DNA of 33,739 nt from a virus (taxonomy: Duplodnaviria > Caudoviricetes), in IMG/VR virus record IMGVR_UViG_3300017914_001820, positions 1 through 33,739 of that record. The stretch is one strand, 5' to 3'. This document shows positions 17,870-25,952 of the stretch, piece by piece. The position numbers were made by a program, and so were the translations under genes. A model generated the notes under the pieces. That model ran no database searches and had not been told where the DNA came from. It saw only the letters and a program-made list of their open reading frames with translations. Numbering within the stretch: position 1 is the first letter of the stretch; each line of letters begins with the position of its first letter.

Positions 17870-18274
17870 ATGGCAGTACATTTGACAACGTTTAAAGGCG
17901 ATCTCAAAGCAATTGGTGACAGAGTACTAGTGACCGATATGTACTTTGGTGAACAGAAAACAAAAAGTGGTCTGATTATTAATAACGATGACGGAACAAC
18001 ACGAGGAATTTATCCACGTTGGGGTAAGGTGCATTCTAAAGGACCACGCAACAAGGAACCTTATGAAGAAGGTCAATGGATCCTAATTGAACACGGTCGC
18101 TGGACGCGAAGTGTTGCTATGGAAACTGATGCAGGAGAAATAGAAGTGCGTATGGTTGATGCAGACTGTGTATTAGCTTACAGCGACGAAAAGCCAGACG
18201 AAATCCAAATTGGTGCTGAATACAGCGACGGTCCTGCTACAATTGATCCTGGTAGCTTTATAACCCCTAATTAA
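17870..18274 (+). CDS. groES: GroES-like co-chaperonin (Cpn10; functional analogue of T4 gp31)
   Basis: LKAIGDRVLV...EQKTKSGLII...GKVHSKGP...EGQWILI matches the Cpn10 pattern LxPLxDRVLV...ExKTxGGIxL...GxVVAVGPG...VGDxVLF. Confidence 0.8.
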   Translation: MAVHLTTFKGDLKAIGDRVLVTDMYFGEQKTKSGLIINNDDGTTRGIYPRWGKVHSKGPRNKEPYEEGQWILIEHGRWTRSVAMETDAGEIEVRMVDADCVLAYSDEKPDEIQIGAEYSDGPATIDPGSFITPN

Positions 18275-18284
18275 CGAGGAAAAA

Positions 18285-18644
18285 ATGACAAATCCATTTA
18301 AGGACATTGACACGTTTGGTTCTGCGTGTGATCAAGAACCTAGCGAAGCAAACTATAAAATGTATCTTAGTTTGATCAAAGAAGAATACGAAGAACTACA
18401 AGAAGCAGTTGAAGCAAATAACACCGTAGAACAACTTGATGCACTTATTGATATTCTAGTTGTTACTATGGGTGCTATTCGTGCAGGCGGCTTTGACGGC
18501 GAAGGTGCTTGGAAAGAAGTAATGAACACAAACTTTGCTAAGATTGATCCAGTCACAGGCAAAGTTCGAAAACGTGAAGATGGCAAAGTTCTAAAGCCAG
18601 AAGGATGGAAGGCTCCAGAACTTGCACAGTTTATAGGAGAATAA
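18285..18644 (+). CDS. MazG-like / PRA-PH family NTP pyrophosphohydrolase
   Basis: LIKEEYEELQEA...EQLDALIDILVV...AWKEVMNTNFAK...KREDGKVLKPEGWKAP; GAGG RBS. Confidence 0.85.
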   Translation: MTNPFKDIDTFGSACDQEPSEANYKMYLSLIKEEYEELQEAVEANNTVEQLDALIDILVVTMGAIRAGGFDGEGAWKEVMNTNFAKIDPVTGKVRKREDGKVLKPEGWKAPELAQFIGE

Positions 18645-18645
18645 T

Positions 18646-19329
18646 ATGAGTACAATTACAGAAGCTCGTCAGCAATATGACGAATATTTAAGAACATTTA
18701 TGTTAGCCTTGTATAACTACACTGCAATGGGATTGGCTATTACAGGAGTAGTTGCGTATCTAACTTATGCTACAGGAATCATGTATTCTATGGGAGCATT
18801 AATGTGGTTGTTTGTATTTGCACCACTAGGTATGATACTACTTTGGAGCTTTGCAGGACGTAATTGGTCATTCGAAGCTACAAGAACTTTTTATTGGGTA
18901 TTTACAGCAGTAATGGGTGTAAGTATGAGTACTATTTTTGCAGTATATACTGCAACTAGTATTGCACAAGTATTCTTTATAACTGCCGCAACTTTTGCAA
19001 GTGCAAGTATCTATGGATACACAACTAAGAAAGACATTAGTGGCTGGGGCAGTTTCCTACTTATAGGATTGATTGGCATAATTATTGCTATGGTTGTAAA
19101 TATCTTTTTACAGTCGAGTGCAATGGGCTTTGCCATTAGTATACTAGGTGTTCTTATCTTTACTGGCCTGACAGCATACGACACTCAAAATGCAAAAGTT
19201 ACATTCCTTAGCGGACAGCTAGGTACAGAAGATCTAGCTAAGTTTGCAATATCTACAGCTTTAAGTTTATACTTAAACTTTATCAATATGTTCCAAATGT
19301 TGCTACATTTATTAGGCGATAGAGAATAA
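18646..19329 (+). CDS. Bax inhibitor-1/YccA (TMBIM) family membrane protein
   Basis: About 7 hydrophobic segments. Motifs YGYTTKKDISGWGSFL, GLTAYDTQ and ALSLYLNFINMF; AGGAG RBS. Confidence 0.9.
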   Translation: MSTITEARQQYDEYLRTFMLALYNYTAMGLAITGVVAYLTYATGIMYSMGALMWLFVFAPLGMILLWSFAGRNWSFEATRTFYWVFTAVMGVSMSTIFAVYTATSIAQVFFITAATFASASIYGYTTKKDISGWGSFLLIGLIGIIIAMVVNIFLQSSAMGFAISILGVLIFTGLTAYDTQNAKVTFLSGQLGTEDLAKFAISTALSLYLNFINMFQMLLHLLGDRE

Positions 19330-19337
19330 AAAACCAC

Positions 19338-19366
19338 TTGACTCCTAGCAATTTATACGCTATAAT
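19338..19366 (+). promoter_or_regulatory. Near-consensus sigma70 promoter (early/middle)
   Basis: TTGACT (19338-19343), 17 nt, TATAAT (19361-19366), with an A-tract upstream. Confidence 0.8.
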
Positions 19367-19390
19367 GTATATAAATTGTTAGGAGTTTTC

Positions 19391-19549
19391 ATGAAATTTA
19401 CACCGCAAACAGCAGGCATTGGTACTACAGGCGCAACTGGCATAGTATTAATGACTCTACATATCACAGGGTTTCTTACAGGTTGGGCATGGCCTTTACT
19501 GTATGTGTTTTTGATATTAACTGGCATTGGCCAAGAGAACAGGAAATAA
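19391..19549 (+). CDS. Small membrane protein (52 aa; not in ORF track)
   Basis: AGGAG RBS 5 nt before ATG. Sequence MKFTPQTAGIGTTGATGIVLMTLHITGFLTGWAWPLLYVFLILTGIGQENRK; the stop is 1 nt before the next ATG. Confidence 0.75.
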   Translation: MKFTPQTAGIGTTGATGIVLMTLHITGFLTGWAWPLLYVFLILTGIGQENRK

Positions 19550-19550
19550 T

Positions 19551-20090
19551 ATGGCAATTCATGCAATGATCGACTTAGAAACACTAGACACAAAACCTAG
19601 TTGTACTATTCTAAGTTTCGGTGCTGTAAAATTTGATCCTATGTCGGATGCAGAGCCGCATAGTGAATTATACTTTAAGATTAATATAGACGAACAAAGC
19701 CAACTCGGACGCACAGTTAGTGATGATACTATTGCATGGTGGGCAAAACAAGATGCGAAAGTACAAGAAGAAGCATTTAGCGAAGAAGGTCGTGTTGGTG
19801 TAGAAACAGTTGCAAATGAATTAACAAAATGGATACACAATACTGATGTTATTTGGGGACACGGTTACGGTTTTGATATTACAATTTTAGAAGATTATTT
19901 TAGAATGTTAGGCCGTCCTATTCCGTGGCAGTTTTGGCAAGTGCGGGACAGCCGTACTTTGTTTACTGCTATGAAGAACGGAGATCCTCGCAAAGGTATG
20001 CAAACAGATCTTCACAATGCACTAGCAGATGCATACTATCAGGCTAAATCAGTACAAATGGCATACAAAGAGTTAGGAATAACACGATGA
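19551..20090 (+). CDS. DEDDh 3'-5' exonuclease (Rv2179c/RNase AS-like, DnaQ superfamily)
   Basis: AMIDLETL (ExoI), WGHGYGFDITIL (ExoII), RDSRTL, HNALADAYYQA (ExoIII). Start reassigned to ATG 19551 behind AGGA. Confidence 0.85.
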   Translation: MAIHAMIDLETLDTKPSCTILSFGAVKFDPMSDAEPHSELYFKINIDEQSQLGRTVSDDTIAWWAKQDAKVQEEAFSEEGRVGVETVANELTKWIHNTDVIWGHGYGFDITILEDYFRMLGRPIPWQFWQVRDSRTLFTAMKNGDPRKGMQTDLHNALADAYYQAKSVQMAYKELGITR

Positions 20091-20992
20091 AAGAATTATG
20101 GGTAGAAAAGTATCGTCCGAAAACAGTAGATGGATATGTGTTTCGTGATGATGCACAGCGCAACCAGGTAAAGACATGGATAAAGGACAAAACGATTCCG
20201 CATCTGCTTTTCAGCGGGAACGCAGGCATCGGCAAAACAACACTCGCAAAACTGTTGTTCAACGAGCTAGAAGTAAACGACTTAGACATCTTAGAAATAA
20301 ACGCAAGTAGAACAAACTCAGTAGATGATGTTCGTGATAAGATTGTAAACTTTGTACAGATGATTCCATTTGGTGACTTTAAGGTTGTATTACTAGATGA
20401 GGCTGACTACTTGTCGCCAAACGCACAGGCAGCACTGCGTGGTGTTATGGAAGAATATCACAGCACTGCTAGGTTTATTCTTACTTGTAATTATCCAAAC
20501 AGAATTATTCCAGCTATCCACAGTAGGTGCCAGGGCTTCCACATTGCCAAAATTGATCAAACAGAGTTTACTGCTCGTGTTGCAGAGATTCTTATCACAG
20601 AAGGCGTTACTCCAGATTTAGACACACTAGACACTTATGTGAAAGCGACATATCCAGACTTGCGTAAATGTATTAACATGGTACAAATGAATAGTGTTGA
20701 CGGGTTGCTAGTTGCTCCTAATGAAGGTGATACAGGAGAAAGCGACTGGAAGCTGGATATGGTCGAACTGTTTAAAGCAGGCAAGATTCAAGAAGCACGT
20801 AAGGTATTATGCGGTGCAATTCGTCCAGAAGAAATGGAAGAAGTGTATCGTTGGATGTATGATAATATCGAATTATTTGCTGATCCAGATCAAGCGGTGT
20901 TAATTATTAAACAAGGAATGGTTGATCATACATTAGTTGTAGATCCTGAAATTAATTTAGCCGCAGTGCTAATCAAACTAGCGAGATTATAG
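20087..20992 (+). CDS. Clamp loader AAA+ subunit (RFC small subunit / T4 gp44-like)
   Basis: WVEKYRP, Walker [15 protein letters not shown], Walker [23 protein letters not shown] and DLRKCIN motifs. Confidence 0.92.
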   Translation: MKELWVEKYRPKTVDGYVFRDDAQRNQVKTWIKDKTIPHLLFSGNAGIGKTTLAKLLFNELEVNDLDILEINASRTNSVDDVRDKIVNFVQMIPFGDFKVVLLDEADYLSPNAQAALRGVMEEYHSTARFILTCNYPNRIIPAIHSRCQGFHIAKIDQTEFTARVAEILITEGVTPDLDTLDTYVKATYPDLRKCINMVQMNSVDGLLVAPNEGDTGESDWKLDMVELFKAGKIQEARKVLCGAIRPEEMEEVYRWMYDNIELFADPDQAVLIIKQGMVDHTLVVDPEINLAAVLIKLARL

Positions 20993-21339
20993 TGACTTAC
21001 TTAGTAATTGATAATTGTATCAAATGTAAACATACTGATTGTGTAGAAGTATGTCCAGTAGATTGTTTCTACGAAGGTGAAAACTTTCTAGCCATCAATC
21101 CTGAAGAATGTATTGACTGTGGAGTATGCGAGCCAGAATGCCCTGCTAATGCTATTATCCCTGACAATGCAATCGAAGGTGCAGAACTAGAAAAATGGAT
21201 GGATATTAATTCAAAGTATAGCCTTATTTGGCCAAATATTACACAGAAAAAAGAAGCACCTGCTGATGCAGATAATTGGGACGGTGTGCCTAACAAATAC
21301 GAAGAACATTTTTCAGAGGAGCCAGGGAATGGCGATTAA
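20992..21339 (+). CDS. fdxA: 7Fe ferredoxin (FdxA / Azotobacter FdI type)
   Basis: [21 protein letters not shown]...[16 protein letters not shown] with the typical C-terminal extension WPNIT.KK....DA..WDG. GTG start. Confidence 0.92.
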   Translation: MTYLVIDNCIKCKHTDCVEVCPVDCFYEGENFLAINPEECIDCGVCEPECPANAIIPDNAIEGAELEKWMDINSKYSLIWPNITQKKEAPADADNWDGVPNKYEEHFSEEPGNGD

Positions 21340-21817
21340 AGCAATTCTTGCATGTGACGCAAATGGCGGCGTAGGTTATAAAGGAACATTACCTTGGCCG
21401 CATATCAAACGAGACTTTCAATGGTTTAAAAATAACACAGTAGGACATGTTGTAATTATGGGGAGTACAACATACTTAGATCCAGACATGCCCAAGCCTA
21501 TGCCACAACGTGTAAATGTTGTAGCAACTAGTGACCCAACAAAATGTCCTTTGGCAGCAAAATATATCACTGGCGATCTTAAAGAAGGTGTCAAAAAAAT
21601 TGCAAGTGAATTTCCTCAACTACATACTTGGGTGATTGGTGGTCAAAAAGTAATTGAGCAGACACTCGATGTGATTGACGAATTTTATCTCAGTCGTATT
21701 CCAGGAGAATTTACCTGTGATACATTCTTGCCAATTGATATTATAGAAACAGAATTTGAAAAAACATTTGTTGAAGAACACGACGATGTAACATTTGAAA
21801 TTTGGAAGCGTAAATGA
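21329..21817 (+). CDS. folA: Dihydrofolate reductase
   Basis: [29 protein letters not shown]...VVIMGSTTY...PMPQRVNVV...WVIGG...CDTFLP. Start moved to ATG 21329 (GAGGA RBS). Confidence 0.92.
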   Translation: MAIKAILACDANGGVGYKGTLPWPHIKRDFQWFKNNTVGHVVIMGSTTYLDPDMPKPMPQRVNVVATSDPTKCPLAAKYITGDLKEGVKKIASEFPQLHTWVIGGQKVIEQTLDVIDEFYLSRIPGEFTCDTFLPIDIIETEFEKTFVEEHDDVTFEIWKRK

Positions 21818-22680
21818 AACAATACTTAGATGCACTTACACATATACTCGAAAACGGCAAAGATCGTGATGACAGAACAGGAGTAGGAACACATGGGGTG
21901 TTTGGTTATCAAATGCGATTTGATCTACGTAACGAATTTCCTGCTGTTACTACTAAGAAACTTGCTTGGAAAAGTGTAGTAAGCGAATTACTTTGGATGC
22001 TAGAAGGTTCAAGCGACGAAAGAAGACTTGCAGAAATTCATTATGGTAAGCCTAGAGAAGAACTCGTAGGCAAAACTACTATTTGGACTGCTAATGCAGA
22101 CAAGCAAGGCAAAGATTTAGGATATATCAATGATGATACAACAAAAGACCTTGGTCCAGTATATGGACATCAATGGCGTACTTGGGATGCACAAATAGGC
22201 TTTGTTGATCAAATTGCAGAAGTGTTAGAAAATTTGTATTATGATCCTAGTAGTAGACGTCATATTGTAAGTGCTTGGAATGCAGATAGGGTAGGCGTAA
22301 TGGCGCTACCTCCATGTCATACATTATTCCAGTTTCATGTGCAGGACGGCGAACTAAGCTGCCAATTATATCAGCGTAGTGCAGATATGTTCTTAGGTGT
22401 TCCATTTAATATTGCAAGTTATAGTTTGCTGACACATATGTTTGCACAACTACTTAAATTAAAGGTAGGCGAATTTGTTTGGACAGGCGGTGACTGTCAT
22501 ATCTATCAAAACCATATGGAACAGGTTAAAGAACAAATTAGTCGCAAACCTAGTGCGGGTCCAAAATTAGAAATGCCTAAATTTACAGATTTGGATCAAC
22601 TTGTTAACACTAAACCAGACCAGTATATACTGCACGACTACAATCCAATGGATAGTATCAAAGCACCGATGGCTGTGTAA
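21814..22680 (+). CDS. thyA: Thymidylate synthase ThyA
   Basis: DRTGVGT, TTKKLAWK, ELLW, SRRHIVSAWN, MALPPCH (catalytic Cys), YQRSADMFLGVPFNIASY, GDCHIYQNH. Confidence 0.97.
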   Translation: MKQYLDALTHILENGKDRDDRTGVGTHGVFGYQMRFDLRNEFPAVTTKKLAWKSVVSELLWMLEGSSDERRLAEIHYGKPREELVGKTTIWTANADKQGKDLGYINDDTTKDLGPVYGHQWRTWDAQIGFVDQIAEVLENLYYDPSSRRHIVSAWNADRVGVMALPPCHTLFQFHVQDGELSCQLYQRSADMFLGVPFNIASYSLLTHMFAQLLKLKVGEFVWTGGDCHIYQNHMEQVKEQISRKPSAGPKLEMPKFTDLDQLVNTKPDQYILHDYNPMDSIKAPMAV

Positions 22681-22946
22681 TGTTTGGAGCAAATTGGCAA
22701 GCAGATCCTAAGGAAACTATTCAAGAGCGTTTTGCATGGTTGCCTGTAAAAAGTACCTGGAGCAATAAGAGGATCTGGCTAAGGAAGTATATTCAAATGG
22801 ATGTGTACCACGACAGTGAAATGTCTCATCCTATTCGTTCAAATACATTTACATTTGTTTATTCAAAAAATGAATATTTGTTATATTTGTTAAGAAAGAA
22901 AGAAGGAAGCGTATCAAGAGATCCGCTTCCTAAAGTTAGCTACTAA
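22680..22946 (+). CDS. Hypothetical protein (88 aa)
   Basis: TAATG-coupled to thyA; contains RFAWLPV...IWL..Y. Confidence 0.6.
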   Translation: MFGANWQADPKETIQERFAWLPVKSTWSNKRIWLRKYIQMDVYHDSEMSHPIRSNTFTFVYSKNEYLLYLLRKKEGSVSRDPLPKVSY

Positions 22947-23662
22947 GCGTCACCGTAAACTTGTAAAACTTCTTTCACTGCTTCGTGCCTTTCAATATCT
23001 CCTTGTCCAAAGTTGACTATGTCAATATGTGTTGCATCTGATTTAGACAATAGCTTTGTAAAGTCAATTAGTCCGTTATCTTTCAATCTATCTGCTTGTG
23101 CTAGATCGCCTGTAACAGCCATCATTGAACCTTCACCTAGTCTTGTAAGCAACATCTTCATTTGATTTTGGGTTGCGTTTTGCATCTCATCTGCGAGTAT
23201 AAAGGCGTTCTTAAACGTTCGACCACGCATATATGCTAGTGGTGCGATTTCGATAATCCCCTCCTCAATCATACCTTCTATTTCTCTTGCATTGAAATAT
23301 TCACGCAGAACGTCAAATATTGGCCTTGTCCAAGGCGCCATTTTTTGTTCTAGTGTTCCAGGTAGGAAACCTAAATCTTCATCAACAGACACTGCTGGTC
23401 TAGTAACAATGATTTTGTCCACTGCACCTTCTTTAAACATTTTTACTGCAACTTGTACAGCCAATAGAGTTTTGCCAGTACCAGCTGGACCGATACCGAA
23501 TACGATATCTTTTGTCTCGTCTAGTAATTTTAATACATAACTTTCTTGGTTTCTGTTTCTTGGAAGTATTTGGACTTGTTTCTTTTGCTGGAATGAATTG
23601 ATATTAACTACATTTGAGTTATTGTTAGAATGCTGCTTTGCAGCCTTTCTTTTTGCACCCAT
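22943..23662 (-). CDS. phoH: PhoH-like ATPase
   Basis: GPAGTGKT, IIVTRPAV, LGFLPG, PLAYMRGRTF, ILADEMQN, MLLTRLG, GDLAQAD; AAAGGAGG RBS. Confidence 0.95.
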   Translation of the reverse strand: MGAKRKAAKQHSNNNSNVVNINSFQQKKQVQILPRNRNQESYVLKLLDETKDIVFGIGPAGTGKTLLAVQVAVKMFKEGAVDKIIVTRPAVSVDEDLGFLPGTLEQKMAPWTRPIFDVLREYFNAREIEGMIEEGIIEIAPLAYMRGRTFKNAFILADEMQNATQNQMKMLLTRLGEGSMMAVTGDLAQADRLKDNGLIDFTKLLSKSDATHIDIVNFGQGDIERHEAVKEVLQVYGDA

Positions 23663-23689
23663 TAAGCGTCCTCCTTTGGGATAATGTAC

Positions 23690-23724
23690 TGTAGGACCTG
23701 TTCAGTAGAACTTTGTGCCCTACA
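23690..23724 (-). promoter_or_regulatory. Structured 5' leader of phoH (stem with internal loop and apical hairpin)
   Basis: Minus strand UGUAGGGC-ACAAA-GUUC-UACU-GAAC-AG-GUCCUACA gives an 8-bp stem (one G-U) plus a 4-bp hairpin. Confidence 0.5.
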
Positions 23725-23728
23725 AAAG

Positions 23729-23734
23729 TATTTA
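23729..23734 (-). promoter_or_regulatory. Putative late promoter (TAAATA) for phoH
   Basis: Plus-strand TATTTA; minus strand reads gcTAAATActttt, upstream of the phoH leader. Confidence 0.55.
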
Positions 23735-23774
23735 GCAAGCATTCTCAATTAATAACAGATAAGTTAAATCCTGA

Positions 23775-23780
23775 TAAATA
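23775..23780 (+). promoter_or_regulatory. Putative late promoter (TAAATA), divergent from phoH
   Basis: ctgaTAAATAagtatacaagga upstream of 23801. Confidence 0.6.
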
Positions 23781-23800
23781 AGTATACAAGGAATAACAAC

Positions 23801-24334
23801 ATGCGTGATATTGAAGATATTTTACTTAACATTGAATCAGTCTACGATTCAAACACATCTTTCAATGTACTTAAAGATTTTGAAAGAGTATTAGATTCAC
23901 TTGATGTGTATGTCTATGATAATTGGAGCGACGGAGAATTATGCGAAGGTCCAAAAATTGAAAGACATTGGGTGACCTGCTGCTTTATGTGGGACAGAGA
24001 TAAAATGCCTGACCCAATGGGCGGTAAACGTTTGCTAGATTACGACTGCAAAGTAAAGTATGAAAAAACACATGTTATAGAACCTAGAAAAATTAAATCT
24101 GAAGACGACTTCCGTCCTGGGACAAAAAAAGGTAAACTAGATAGAAAACCTGTTTGGTGTGTAGAAATACAAATGCCCAAAAGGTTGATTGCAGACATCT
24201 ATAGTGGATACTACGAAGATGTTTATATAGAGCCAACACAAACCCCAGAAACAAATCCAGAGCCACAGGCAGCAGATGAAGCAACAGCAGCAGCACCTGC
24301 ACCAGAAGCAGCAGCGGAGGCACCAGCAGTATGA
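23801..24334 (+). CDS. Hypothetical phage protein with Ala/Pro/Glu-rich tail
   Basis: AAGGA RBS; 177 aa; globular-looking core with a low-complexity C-terminus. Confidence 0.8.
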   Translation: MRDIEDILLNIESVYDSNTSFNVLKDFERVLDSLDVYVYDNWSDGELCEGPKIERHWVTCCFMWDRDKMPDPMGGKRLLDYDCKVKYEKTHVIEPRKIKSEDDFRPGTKKGKLDRKPVWCVEIQMPKRLIADIYSGYYEDVYIEPTQTPETNPEPQAADEATAAAPAPEAAAEAPAV

Positions 24335-25047
24335 CGCTAGAAGCAAATTCACTTAGAAATCTAGTCGATCATATTGTTGAAATAGACAGTTTCAAAAGCA
24401 AAATGGGTTCAGACGATAGTATTGTTACACTTGCATTCAAAGTAAAGACTGAAGAAAGTGCAAAAGATCTTGCCGGATTTATTGAACGTGGATATCCGTT
24501 TGTACTTGATGCAGACAAAACAGCAGGCGAACAAGCAGACGGATTATATCGTGTGTTTATTGAATTAGAAAGAAACCAACATGCTGCTGAACAAATAATG
24601 GAACTTGTAGACGGTGTAGGCAAACTAGCACAACTAGAAGATATGAAATACAGATATTACAAAAACTTCCGCAGTGAGCCTATTACACAAGAAGCATTAG
24701 AAAATAGTATTCCGAAAAACAGTGAAGAATACAATAGTCGTGTTACAGAAACACGCATGTCAAACTACAAGAATTTCTTTAGTAATAGTTTTGTTGAAGA
24801 TGTAGATATGACAGGTGATACACTTACTATTAAGAAAAAATTTGCAGATCCACTACATTTCAAATTTGTAGATTTTGGCGAGACACACCAAACTGTTAAT
24901 GCAATTAAAGAAAGTTTCAATGCAAATGATTTTGCAGAAATTATATTCCTTTCAAAATATGTAGGTGATTACAATATTACAAAGTATGGTAATAAACTAA
25001 CATTTGACAACGCCGGGAAGACACTAGTCGTTGAAAGAATCCTATAA
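24331..25047 (+). CDS. Hypothetical phage protein
   Basis: ATGA overlap with the upstream gene; GGAGG upstream; 238 aa. Confidence 0.8.
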   Translation: MTLEANSLRNLVDHIVEIDSFKSKMGSDDSIVTLAFKVKTEESAKDLAGFIERGYPFVLDADKTAGEQADGLYRVFIELERNQHAAEQIMELVDGVGKLAQLEDMKYRYYKNFRSEPITQEALENSIPKNSEEYNSRVTETRMSNYKNFFSNSFVEDVDMTGDTLTIKKKFADPLHFKFVDFGETHQTVNAIKESFNANDFAEIIFLSKYVGDYNITKYGNKLTFDNAGKTLVVERIL

Positions 25048-25050
25048 ATA
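25043..25050 (+). promoter_or_regulatory. Late promoter, exact T4 consensus TATAAATA, ahead of lysis cassette
   Basis: ccTATAAATAgct, overlapping the stop codon of the 238-aa gene. Confidence 0.65.
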
Positions 25051-25089
25051 GCTATGTCGGGGTAAGCCCGCAAAGCAGGATTGGATAAT

Positions 25090-25947
25090 ATGGCAAAAGA
25101 ACACTTCAAATTTGATTTCGAACCTTGGATGGCTGAGGAGCTAATCCATCGTGATGATTGGGAAGATTGGTACGAAGCAATGCTTGAAATACTTCCACTA
25201 TGGGAAGTAGATACTATCGAGCGTGTGGCAATGTTTGTTGCACAGTGCGGACACGAAAGTGGCGGATTTAGAGTACTAAGTGAAAACTTAAACTATAGTG
25301 CAAAAGCTCTTAACACTATATTCCCTAAATACTTTAAAAGAGCAGGAAGAGACGCAAATGAGTATCACAGACAGCCTGAAAAAATTGCGAACGTTATTTA
25401 CGCAAATAGAATGGACAACGGCGATACCGATTCCGGTGACGGTTGGATGTTTAGAGGCGGCGGTATTCTTCAGCTTACCGGACGTTACAACTACACCAAG
25501 TTCGGTGAAGCGGTTGAAATGTCAGCAGAAGAAGCAGTTGACTACGTTAGAACAAAAAAAGGCGCACTAGACAGTGCTTGCTGGTTCTGGGACGAAAACA
25601 ACATTAACCGTTGGTGTGATGATATGGATGTAGTAGGTGCTACAAAACGTATCAATGGTGGCACTATTGGATTAGATGATCGTAAGAAGCATTACCTACA
25701 TGCAATGGATGTACTAGGTGGTGATTATGAAGAGCCTGAAGAGCAGGAACTTAACTTAAATCAAACTATACGCAAAGGCAGCAGAGGACCTCTAGTTGCA
25801 GAAGTGCAAGAAATACTAGGTATTCATCCAGCAGATGGTATATTTGGTCCAGGCACTGCAAGAGAAGTCAAAGAATGGCAAAGTGCAAACGGACTTGTTG
25901 CTGATGGCATAGTAGGACCCAAAACATTGGGAAAATTACTGGGGTAG
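25090..25947 (+). CDS. Endolysin: GH19 (chitinase-like lysozyme) + C-terminal peptidoglycan-binding domain
   Basis: VAMFVAQCGHESGGF...ENLNYS; GDGWMFRGGGILQLTGRYNY; SACWFW; TKRINGG. C-terminal IRKGSRG..V.EVQ..LG...DGIFGPGT...VKEWQ..NGLVADGIVGPKT. Confidence 0.92.
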   Translation: MAKEHFKFDFEPWMAEELIHRDDWEDWYEAMLEILPLWEVDTIERVAMFVAQCGHESGGFRVLSENLNYSAKALNTIFPKYFKRAGRDANEYHRQPEKIANVIYANRMDNGDTDSGDGWMFRGGGILQLTGRYNYTKFGEAVEMSAEEAVDYVRTKKGALDSACWFWDENNINRWCDDMDVVGATKRINGGTIGLDDRKKHYLHAMDVLGGDYEEPEEQELNLNQTIRKGSRGPLVAEVQEILGIHPADGIFGPGTAREVKEWQSANGLVADGIVGPKTLGKLLG

Positions 25948-25952
25948 GTGGT

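Noticed and set aside
21814-22680. ThyA as a base-modifying dCMP hydroxymethylase
   Set aside because: It retains the dUMP-specifying Asn (GVPFNIASY) and is paired with DHFR, consistent with a canonical thymidylate synthase.
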